Shown: piece by piece, positions 25,873 to 35,844 of the stretch
How the letters are laid out: every line of letters starts with the position of its first letter
Position numbering within the stretch: position 1 is the first letter of the stretch
From: Protoeuglena noctilucae
Taxonomy: Eukaryota
Length of the DNA stretch: 64,000 nucleotides
Direction: 5' to 3'
Assembly (NCBI GenBank): GCA_958009085.1
Contig: OY253675.1
Coordinates: forward strand, 1,116,001 to 1,180,000
The notes under the pieces: model-generated
Told to the model about the DNA's origin: nothing
Database searches by the model: none
Seen by the model: only the letters and a program-made list of their open reading frames with translations
Program-made: the position numbers and the translations under genes

Positions 25873-26196
25873 GTGAGGGTGGCGAAGGGGTCGAGCACAT
25901 GCGATGGGTGGGGTGGACGGGTAGTGCGATGCATGGCCTGTGCTGGGGTGGCGTCTGCTGCTATGGTCTCAGCTACGTGATCCCGCGCCGACTAAGGTTT
26001 TACCGTCGTGGTTGCACTGATTCTCTGACACGGGTCAACCCCAAAGCGAAGGGTCATTTGCCTAGCACCGCTGCGCATTTGCTTGTCGTGTCGGTGTTAA
26101 ACGGCGAAATGTAGCGTTGGAAAACGGTGCACGGACGAAGAAGGCAAAAGATAACGCTGTAAGAAACTCGAAGAGGTACAAGTGCGCACAGAGCGA

Positions 26197-27066
26197 CTAC
26201 AGGGTCCATATCCGGACTGAGCTGTCGCTGGACCCGCTCGCCAGCTGCTTGCCATTACTGGAAAACGCGACCGACTCGACCCCCTGTTCATGCCCTGACA
26301 GCACTCGCAGCTCCTCTCCTGTGTCCGCATCCCAAACCCTGACCGTGGCGTCCCACGACGCGCTCACAACTTGGGTGCCATCAGGAGAGAAGGCGACTGA
26401 GGTCACGGCACTCGCATGGCCCTGCATGGTGACCAGCATCTCCCCTTGCAAGGTGTCCCACATCTTGACGCCAAAGTCCCATGACCCGCTGGCAAGGCGC
26501 ATGCCGTCGGGGGAGAATGACACCGAGGACACTGCGCCCTGGTGCCCTCTGTAAGTGCGCAGTGCTCTGCCCGTGGCTGCGTCCCATAGCTTCACTGTCC
26601 CGTCTTTGGAGCCGGTGGCCAAAAGCCGTCCATCTGGGGAGAAGACCACCGACATAATGTCGTCTGCATGCCCAGACGAAAAGCTCAAAACCTGCAGGCC
26701 ACTCCTGGCGTCCCAAATCTTGACCATTCTGTCGACATACGCGCTTACTAGGTGCATCCTGGTGGGAGAAAAGGCGATGGATGCTACTCCAGACGCGTGT
26801 TTTGACAACGTTAACACGAGGCGGCCCGTTGACACGTCCCACAGTCTCACACTGAGGTCAAGCGATCCACTGGCCACAAGTAAGCCATTGGCAGAAAACG
26901 CCACCGTGGTCACGGGTCTGAGATGACCTGACATGGTGCGCTGAACCCGTCCCGTCGCGACATTCCAAAGCTTGACGTCGGTATCCCAAGATCCACTCGC
27001 AGCCAACTTCCCATCCGGAGAGAGGCAACTGAGCTCACGCTTCCGCCATGCCCGTGCAATGCCAAG
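26197..27066 (-). CDS. Seven-repeat WD40 beta-propeller, C-terminal part of the EGF gene, disconnected by a 1-nt frameshift at ~27024
   Basis: Seven GH..V.SVAFSPDG..LASGS.D..V.LWD-type repeats. Repeat 1 begins in the EGF frame (LHGHGGSVSSVA) and continues in another frame (SPDGKLAASGSWD); adding one T gives VAFSPDGK. Confidence 0.9.
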   Translation of the reverse strand, partial: LGIARAWRKRELSCLSPDGKLAASGSWDTDVKLWNVATGRVQRTMSGHLRPVTTVAFSANGLLVASGSLDLSVRLWDVSTGRLVLTLSKHASGVASIAFSPTRMHLVSAYVDRMVKIWDARSGLQVLSFSSGHADDIMSVVFSPDGRLLATGSKDGTVKLWDAATGRALRTYRGHQGAVSSVSFSPDGMRLASGSWDFGVKMWDTLQGEMLVTMQGHASAVTSVAFSPDGTQVVSASWDATVRVWDADTGEELRVLSGHEQGVESVAFSSNGKQLASGSSDSSVRIWTL

Positions 27067-28903
27067 TTCTTTTGGCACGTGTACCCACCCTCGGTGTTCA
27101 CGCACGCCTCCCCGTCTCTGCATCTATAAAGCCCTTCCTTGCACTCGTCAATGTCGATACACGTCGCCTGCCCATCGTTCTCTACCTGACGGTACCCCGC
27201 GTAGCAGTCGCATGAATAACTGCCAAGCGTGTTGAGGCAAGACCCTCCCGTCCCACACGTGTGGGTCCCGTTCTTACACTCGTCCACATCCAGGCACTCT
27301 AACCCGCTAAATTGGTACCCCTCTTTGCATGTGCACGTGAAGCCATTCGCTCCCATTCGCTTACATCTATCCTGTGATTTGCACACAGATAAGTTGCATG
27401 TGCATGAAAAAGTGCCCTCCAGATTAGTACACACCCCTGCCGGGCCACAAATGTCCGGCGTTAGCTTGCACTCGTCTACATCCACACACTGGCCGCCCTC
27501 AAGCTCAAAGCCGTCCTTGCATTTGCACACATAGCCCCCCGTCGTGTTCATGCAAGTCCCTCCAACCCCACACACAGCCTTCTGCTCCCTGCACTCATCT
27601 ACGTCCAGGCAAGTGGCCGCGCCCCTGACCTGCCCCAGCCGGTACCCCGTGTCACACTCGCAGGTATATGAGCCGTCTAGGTTCGTACACGTGCCGCCGT
27701 CCCCGCACTGATGTGAACCGTCTCTGCACTCATCTATATCCGCACACGTCAGCCCGTCAAACTCGTAGCCGACATTGCACTTGCACGTGAAACCCCGGCC
27801 TTTGCTCCGGCACAGCCCGCCAGCTCCACAAAGCTCAACTAAGCACGTGCAAACGTAGCTACCTTCAGTGTTGGTGCACACGCCCGCTGGGCCACAAATC
27901 CCAGCGTCCTCCTCGCACTCGTTCACGTCCAGGCAGGTAGCGCCGTTGCTTGCGAACCCGGAAGGGCAAACACACTCATACCCTCCTATGCGATTGACGC
28001 ACAGCCCGGCACCGCAGAGTCCCGGACGCTCGCGGCACTCGTCTACGTCCACGCATCTCGCCCGCCCCTGCCACAGTTCCTCTCGGAACCCCTCGCTGCA
28101 CGAGCATGCGTAGGCGCCCTCTGTGTTGGCACAAACACCCCCTGCCCCACACTGGTGGCTGCCGTCTGCGCACTCGTCGACATCTACGCACGTAGCCCCC
28201 TCGAAACGCCACCCCGCGTCGCACTGGCAGTTGAAGCTCCCCGGCACGTTCAGGCACCGCCCGTGCGGCTGGCACAGCCCCGGGTCCAGCGCACACTCGT
28301 TCACGTCTACGCACTGCGTACCCCGCCGCTCATACCCCGCGACGCACACGCATTGGAATGACCCCTCCGTGTTGACGCAACGCCCCCCCGCCCCGCAGAT
28401 GTCCGGCGTCGACGCGCACTCGTCCACGTCAACGCACGTGCCGTCCTCCTCCTGGTACCCCCTCTCGCATGAGCACCGGTACGAGCCGACCCAGTTTGAG
28501 CACTTGCCCTCCCCACAGATGCCCGGGCTCTCCGCGCACTCGTCCACGTCCACGCAGTCGGGCCCGACCTCGCGAAAGCCGCCTGGGCACGCGCAGTCGA
28601 AGCCCCCCGCCTTGTTGACGCACGTGAAGTTGGGCCCGCACGTCCCCGGCAGCAGGCACTCGTTCACGTCCGCGCACGTCCCGCCCTGGAACGCGAACCC
28701 GTCCATGCATTCGCACGTGTAGGACCCCGCCAGGTTGACGCACAGCCCCGCCGGGCCGCACGGGCTGGCCTTGGCTGCGCACTCGTCGATGTCCACGCAG
28801 GTGCCGTCAACACGCTCGTAGCCGCTGGGGCAGCCGAGCACAAAGCTCGCTGCCTTGCCGATGGCGGCCGTCGCCCGCTGCAGCGGCGACGTCAGCCGAC
28901 CAG
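27067..28903 (-). CDS. Single-exon array of ~15 calcium-binding EGF-like modules
   Basis: 13 D-[IV]-[DN]-E-C starts with C.N..G.[YF].C.C..G[YF] cores, plus two truncated fused modules; preceded by a phase-1 acceptor (cccgcag|CT GGT). Confidence 0.95.
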
Positions 28904-28995
28904 CTGCGGGTAACGCACATGGCTGGGGTGGGCTTAACTGCATCCAGAATGTTGCGACCTTAAGAGCTGCGCATGTCTGCGTTCCAATTTCGCAC

Positions 28996-31375
28996 CTGAC
29001 TACCACAGGAGCAAGACGGTCACCGCTGCTGCAACCTTGGCTAGGGAGCGGAGCGAGCGCCAGAAGTTCGCCGTTGGGACGGCGGCCGAGAGCTTCTTGC
29101 TTGCAGAGTGCTCCTCGTCCACGATCTGTGTGACAGTCCAGAGTGTAGGCCGCAGGGATCATGTGACGTCGATGCCAACCCCAACACAGCCTGGTCATCG
29201 CTCTCCCGGCATGGTCAGCCCACGTTAGCGATGGTCAGCGCGCATCTGGCCGCGTCACCTGGATGCCCTGCTGGCTGGCAATGCCCACGAGCTCCTCCGC
29301 TAGCTGGGTGGCCGTAGGGCGCCCCCTGCCCGTGGCCTGGCGCGTTGGATCAGTGTCAGCCAGGCACTTGCGGGCCACTCTCACCAAATCCCTCCACACC
29401 CCCGGCGGCCAGTCCGCCCTGGGATCCGGAACGTCGCTTTTGGAGGCCCCCGCATGGCGAATGGCCAGAAATTGTGGGCTGGTCACGTCCAGACCCGTTA
29501 CTACCTGCAACAGCACCAAGCCAAAGCTGTACACGTCGTGGTGGGGGCGGAAAGGGACCCTGTTTCCGAAAGGATTCTCGTTTCCCAATAAATAGACCGG
29601 GTCCGCATATCGTTCGTCAGCGTACTCTTTGACGTTGCCTCCGACAGCCTGCGTGGCTGTCTTGGCCCCGCCCCCGTGCCCCATCAGCTTCTTGGCAGCC
29701 CCAAAGTCGCAGAGCTTCACGTTCGGCAAACACCCCGCCGAGTCCAGCAAGATGTTGCCCGGCTTGAGGTCGTGGTGGCAGATGACCGGCTGCTGCCCGT
29801 GCAGGTGCTGCAGGGCCAGCGCCAGCTGCGCGGCGATCTTCACGCGCGCCACCCATCCCAGCTCGACCGGCTCTCCCGGCCTCGGCATGGCTCGCGTCCG
29901 GTCCCTCTTTGCACTCTTCAGCCTCAGTCGCGACCCCAGGTCCCCTCCGGCGGCAAACTCCATCACGATGCACGCCTTGGCTTTGCATACGCCCACCAGC
30001 TTGATCAGAAATGGGTGCGGCTCGATCCCGCTCATGATCCGCGCCTCGCGCAAGATGACGAGGTCGGCATTGCTCTTGGTGCCGCCGCCAAAAAACCGGG
30101 TAGTGACGGCCCGCGTTTTGAGCGCATCCATCTGGCCCGGTTCCGTCACGCCATCGGCCTCGACGCGCTTCTTGTCAATCTTGATGGCGTATCTCATGTC
30201 GCCGACCATGCCCATGAAGACCTGGCCGTAGCCGCCGCTGCCGAGCGGCACATCTTTCCCAAGCATTGCGCGGGCCTTGCGCAGTGCGTGTTCCACCCAC
30301 AAAGCCTTCCATTCCACCATGCGTCCCTGCTGCGCGGCTGTGACTTGTTTCGTCACCTCCCCGTGCCTGCCCTGGGTGCTGTCGAGACCCGTTTTCTGCA
30401 TCAAGGCCTGCACATCCAACTCAAACCTCTCCATCCTGCTGCGCAGCTCCTGCAAGCACACAGCCCGTTCTTAGTTAACTAGTTGCTTGCTCGGGACAGT
30501 CGCATGCACGCAGGATCGTCAAAAACTTTGAACGCATGTTCGTCTCTTCACGTCGCAGTGCCAGGCCTGCCATACAGCCAGAGACAGGTACCACCCACCT
30601 TGATGGCCGCGCGGTTTGCCAGAGACAGCTCGCCATACGCGTCCTGCACGTCCTCGGCAAGCTTGGCGAGGGTCCCCTGGTAGACGGAGGCCAGCGCGAT
30701 GCGTATTATCTGCAGAGCCCGCGCATGTAACAAAGGGTCACGCCCTTGCTGTTCACAGCGCTGCAAATAGCCAACACATGGATGGATCCAGCGTTCCCAG
30801 CCGCCTCCTCACCCCCGCCTGTTTCCCCAACCAGCCAAGCTTTGCGTCGACGTCCATCAGCACACTGTTCATGCGAATAAGTGCCTCCGTCTGTGGGAAA
30901 AGCCATACACTGAAGCCGTCTCATCGCGGCCACCGGACACACGGCAAGCGACGTTTCTTCCCCCACGCACCTCAGCCTCCGACAGTTTCACGTCCCTCCC
31001 CTGCTTCCTCCCATAGTCGTCCTTCTCAATGTCCACCAATATGTCTTGGCACCTGTCCACTGCCTTTCCCAGCTTCCGCGCCACCTGCGCGCATGGGATG
31101 TTTGACTCCTGGAGGGCTACGATGCGAAAGATGCGAAAGCAAAACGATGAAAAGCCAGCGCAATGTCATACTCAAGCGTCGGCCGTTACAGTCGTGAAAA
31201 AGGTTGAGACAAAGCATGGACGATGTTGCAAAAGCCAGAAGGTCCCCGCTCGGCGCACGCCCACAATCGTCCCACAATCCCGTCGCAGAATACGCACCCT
31301 GTTATTATCTCGAAAGAGCTGCACTTGCTGGTATACAGTGATGCAGACATGCAACACGTCTCCTGGGGAGGCCAT
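28996..31375 (-). CDS. MLKL-like four-helix-bundle N-terminus + non-RD RLK/Pelle-like protein kinase + hydrophobic segment (exons 31375-31298, 31084-30971, 30890-30813, 30709-30599, 30449-29259, 29125-28996)
   Basis: Five GT-AG phase-0 introns give one frame: MASPGDVLHVCITVYQQVQLFRDNNR-VARKLGKAVDRCQDIL..-TEALIRMNSVLMDVDAKLGWLGKQAG-IIRIALASVYQGTLAKLAEDVQDAYGELSLA.., then kinase motifs GSGGYG, YAIK, HHDLKPGN, DFG, YADPVY, DVYSFGLVLLQVVTG, DWP, then LAKVAAAVTVLLLW and an in-frame TAG at 29000-29002. The kinase call is secure; the MLKL-type call is by pattern. Confidence 0.8.
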
Positions 31376-33611
31376 GGTGTCACCACGGTTCCAGTCGCGC
31401 TGCGCTGCCTGCGTCGCGAGGTCCGAGGCGTTGCATCAACGCATCATAGTACACGCCACCTTCCGGTTCCGTCCGTCTGCTGCAAGGCCGCCTGGGGCGC
31501 GCGCGGTGGGGGCTCAGCATGCCAACTCATGCCCTCACTCGCGGTGGCTTGGGTTGGATCGCCGCGCGGCGACTTCGAGCAAACAATACGCGAGATTTGC
31601 GTTTGTTGCGCGTACACCGAACTGCTCCAACCTTGCGGAACGCCACGATCGGTCAGAGCGCGATGCCTACGTGCACCACCGCGGGAAGTGACGGCAGGCG
31701 ACCCACGCGGAGTCTCCGCCCACCCTACGTGGCTTTCTCTGCAACAACACTTTCTGGTGACCAGTGTTGGACTGCCTAGCCATCCGGCGGCCACTGCACG
31801 CATGGCCCGGGCGGCTATAAGGCCAGAGAATTCCGCTTGCCCGTCCCGGCCACGTGCATCGCAGAGCACACACAAGTGCCTCTCAACTACCATCTCTCCT
31901 GCCTCTGGGTGGCCACCGCTGCCCGTGAAGACGACAGAGACTCTCTGCTGCGTTGGCGTGCACTCGAAGCAGGCGCCGCGATGGCCGCTTGCACCCCTCA
32001 CTGCCCGCTCTTTCTCCATCCGTGCAGCTCTTGGGCGACGCTACTGACGTCGTGCGAAGCCGGCACGACGTGCGCCTTGCTGGCGCACCAGTCTGACTTG
32101 CCAATTGCGCTCCCTTAAGCGCTCTAGCCTCACAGAGCTTGCCAGCGGTGTTTCCAACAGGGTCACGGCTACGTACGGGCGCCCCTGTGTCGGCGTTGCC
32201 CGTGCTCGTTGTCGCGAAGCCTCGCCGACTTGAATCTTCCGCCATCACTGCCGGGCGCGATCGCCGGCTCAGCCCTTTCCAAGCGCCCTGGTGCTCGGAC
32301 GGAGATGGCAGAGGACGTCGGGAGGGCCCTGCAGGCCTGCGGAAGGCTGAAGCAGCTTGTTGATGCGGCGGAGATGCGGGTGCGAGTCAATGTTTGCTTC
32401 TGTTTGTTTTCTGCCGCATCGTGGCAATCTCGCGCTTGGCCATGGCCTCCCTGTCCCCCGATCGCGCCTGGGATCGCGCTTTGCAGCCCGGCCTTTCCTG
32501 GACACGTCATAGGGGCGAGCCGGTGGCGTGCGTGACGCTTTTGTGGCTTAGTTACGCTCGGTGCGTGGCGTGCGACTGCACAGAGTCGTTTGGTGGGAGG
32601 CACTGGAAGGCACTTTTGGCCCCGAGGGCCCGGAGAGGCGCAGAGCGCGGTCCGTGGAAAGCGATTTGAGCGATGGGTTTTTATTGCCTAGTCGGCGCTT
32701 TTTGGCCCCTAAGAAGTGGTAATTGAGGCGGTCAATGGTTGGTACGTGCCAAGGAGCTGGGCTACCCTCACCAGATACGGCGCCGTTCATGGCAGGGAAC
32801 CACTGACCATCACATGTTGGTGCTGCTTGGCAAGCTGGCCGCCTTGATGTCGCTTGAGGCTGTCCTCGCCGCTGTGCTGTGCAGGTCGGGCGCACACAGA
32901 ATGGGAAACGGATGGTGTTGGGCTGTAAGAGTGCGCTTGCGGCATGCGAAGAGACGCTGTCAGTGATGACAGGGGGAAAGAAAGTCAAGCTGACGGAAAA
33001 CGAGGTAAGGCAGGCAGCGAGTTAGTGTTGTTGCACTCCGGTGCTGGGAGTGCAGGATTCAAACGTCAATATCGCAACTGGATTTACGTTTTATTGCATT
33101 TATTCGAGTATAAATTAAATGTTTCAATGATACTGAAGTTTTTGGTAGTTTTGGGTAATTATTGGTAAATTCTCTTATTTTACCATTATCACTAACGGTT
33201 AACTTGTTCCTTGCATTCAGATTTCGCGGGTAAAGGCGATGAGGGATGCCGTGCTGTCTGCTGGTGATGATGTGCAGAAGGCCTCTCAACCGGTGGTGAG
33301 CACTCACTGGCACGCGTCGTCAAAGCCTGGCCTTCCTTTTTTCGAAATCACTAAGTGCAAGATTTTCCCGGCCACAGGGATGCTTTGGCCGTGTCCGGGC
33401 GGACGCGGCTGACCACGTGCGCTCTGCAACGGACAGACTGCAGACCTCGCTGAGCGCCCTGACCGAGGCCCGCGAAAGCGCATCGAAGGTGCGGGCCCGT
33501 CTGTTTGCCGTGTTCAGATAAGTCTGCCTTTGCTTTTTATTACCCAGCTCAAAAGCCAACTTTAACAGCCACGTTCCCCTGCTTCTACAGAAGTCCAAGC
33601 CAAACTACAAG

Positions 33612-35582
33612 ATGCTGAAGATCGTTTCAGGCCTTCTGCTTGTGCTCAGCCTTGGGGCTCTGGCAGGTGAGAGAGTAAGAGAGTAAAACTCTGCAGTTTC
33701 ACTTTCACTTGTGGGTGCCGTGTCCGTCTGGGCAGTGGTAAAGGATTTGGGACTCGTTTACGGTATGGTAATTAGTACATTATCATCCCAAGAGACATTA
33801 CCATCCCAGGGGAAACTCTTTAAGAGTTTCCCCTGGCTTGTTTGCCCAACTTGGAAAAGAAATTATATATAGGTTTTAAACAAGTGCGCGCTCTCTTTCA
33901 TCTTCGCAGCGTTCAAGATCAAGTGGTGCTGGCCGGGGTACCAATTGGTGGACGGCGAATGCGCGGACATTGACGAGTGCGCCCAGGGGCTGGACAAGTG
34001 CGCCCCTTGGGGTCTGTGCCGCAACATCCAGGGCTCCTACACCTGCGACTGCGAGCCCGGGTACAAGTTCAAGCAGGGCACGTGTGTCGACATCGACGAG
34101 TGTCGGGAAATGAGCAAGGCGTGTGGCGACAACTTCGTCTGCGAGAACACCATTGGCAGCCATCTCTGCCACTGTGGGACAGGGTTCAGGCTCAAGGACT
34201 CGGAGTGCTTGGACGTAAACGAGTGCGAGGAGACGCCCGACGTATGCGGCCCTGGGTCGTGCAAGAACACCAAGGGCTCCTACCAGTGCAACTGCCCAGC
34301 CGGCTATGAGTTTGACGGGAAGACGTGTGCCGACGTCGACGAGTGCCTGGGCGACAAGGTCTGCAAACCCAACGGGCAGTGCACAAACACTGTCGGGTCC
34401 TTCACCTGCAAGTGCGACAAGGGGTACGAGCAAGTGGGCAGCAAGTGCGCAGACATCAATGAGTGCGCACGGGACAAGGACCTGTGCAAGCCCAACGGCA
34501 GCTGCACAAACAAGCCCGGCGGCTTCTCGTGCAAGTGCAAGGCGGGCTACATGTTTGACGGCACGGGGTGCGTCGACATTGACGAGTGCAAGAACGGCTC
34601 GCACCAGTGTGGCAAGTACGGCACGTGCATGAACACAGCCGGTGCGTACACCTGCCAGTGTAGTAAGGGGTACAGGGTGCAGATGATTAAGGGTGCAGCT
34701 ACCTGTCAGGACATTAATGAGTGCGCGGAGCAAGCAGGGGTGTGCGGGCCGGGTAGCATCTGCACAAATACGGCCGGCAGTTTCACGTGCGCTTGCAATT
34801 CAGGGTACCGGCTGGTCGATGGCAAATGCGTGGACATAGACGAGTGTGCAGAGGACGCATCCATTTGCGGCAATGCCGGCACATGCACCAACGTAGAGGG
34901 GGGCTACAAGTGCACCTGCATGCCGCAGCTCTGTGGTGTCGGCGGGAAATGCTTGTCCCATGGGTCCTCGTTTATTTGCGGGTGCGAGAAGGGCTTTGTC
35001 ATTGATCGCAAGACGGGCAAGTGTTCGGACGTAGACGAGTGCAAAGCCAGTCCGGGTATTTGCGGTTTGGGTGGCGCATGCGAGAACACCATTGGCGACT
35101 TTACTTGCAAATGCTCTCCCGGGTACCACTTGGCCTGGAAGTCCCGCAGCCGGAAGGGCACCGCCTTTTGCGAGAGTGATGCTGATGCAGCTGCCCGAGC
35201 AAACACTAGAAACATGATTGCAGTGTTGGTGATAGCAGTGGCCGTGGTTATCGGGGTAGTGATATATCAGAAGGCCCAGCAGGATAAACGGGACCAGATT
35301 AGGAGGGAGGAGGATGCCAGGAAGGAGCGCCTCAGGCAAAAAGAGGAAGAGAGGAAGGAGAGACAGAGGCAGCTTGAGCGGCAAGAGGAGCGTGCAAGAC
35401 AAGAGGCTGCAGAAGCAAGGCACCGAGAAGAGCTTCGCATGCAGCAGGCGATGCTGGAGAACGCAAACGAACGCCATCAAGAGCAAATCGCCCTGCTCCA
35501 GAAGCAGGGGATGGCGCAAATGCAGCAAGCGCGCGCTTTGGGGCAGTTGGCTTTCAACGCGCAGGTTGATCGTGAGTCGTGA
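33612..35582 (+). CDS. Type I membrane protein: signal peptide + ~10 calcium-binding EGF modules + TM + cytoplasmic coiled coil
   Basis: Exon 33612-33666 encodes [18 protein letters not shown]; phase-1 intron to 33910; nine D[IV][DN]EC modules plus one truncated module; [22 protein letters not shown]-rich tail. A GTGAGT donor near 35572 may add a short last exon near 35790-35839. Confidence 0.9.
33806..33836. repeat. Perfect inverted repeat, 15-bp arms with a 1-nt spacer
   Basis: ccaggggaaactctt-t-aagagtttcccctgg, in the first intron of the + strand EGF gene. Confidence 0.95.
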
Positions 35583-35844
35583 CCCTGGGTCAATTGCGTA
35601 TGCGTTTGTCAGCGCCGTGGGATTTGCAGGCTTTTGCAGTTGCACAATTTGAATTGTGCACGAAAGGAAGGTCTGCAGGTTTAAGCACGAGCCTGCAAAG
35701 GGGATGATTGAGGTGTATTCAATAACATTGTTTTAAGATTGGTATTGTGTGGTCTCAAGGATTGGGGCTTACAAGCTTGTGCTCAACAGAGGACTCCAGG
35801 GTCGCTTGCCTGCAGGAAGCACTACATCGAGTGGAATAATGATC

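Larger units (their letters stand above)
21380..25960. repeat. Segmental duplication copy A (kinesin 5' part, shared upstream region, SLX1 5' part)
   Basis: Matches ~36320-40746 (offset 14997 over most of the length; identical ORFs recur in the ORF track); 25757-25960 matches ~41940-42130. Confidence 0.95.

Noticed and set aside
29000..29002. TAG/TAA reassigned to Gln, as in some ulvophyte algae, as the explanation for the in-frame TAG
   Set aside because: PLGG1 ends at TAA at the expected C-terminus, the WD40 ends at TAG right after blade 7, and no conserved gene here has internal TAA/TAG codons.
26910..29198. 762-aa ORF as a stand-alone gene starting MTRLCWG
   Set aside because: Its first ~100 codons have no signal peptide and overlap intron and alternate-frame exon sequence, and its end is a frameshift artefact; the spliced model fits better.
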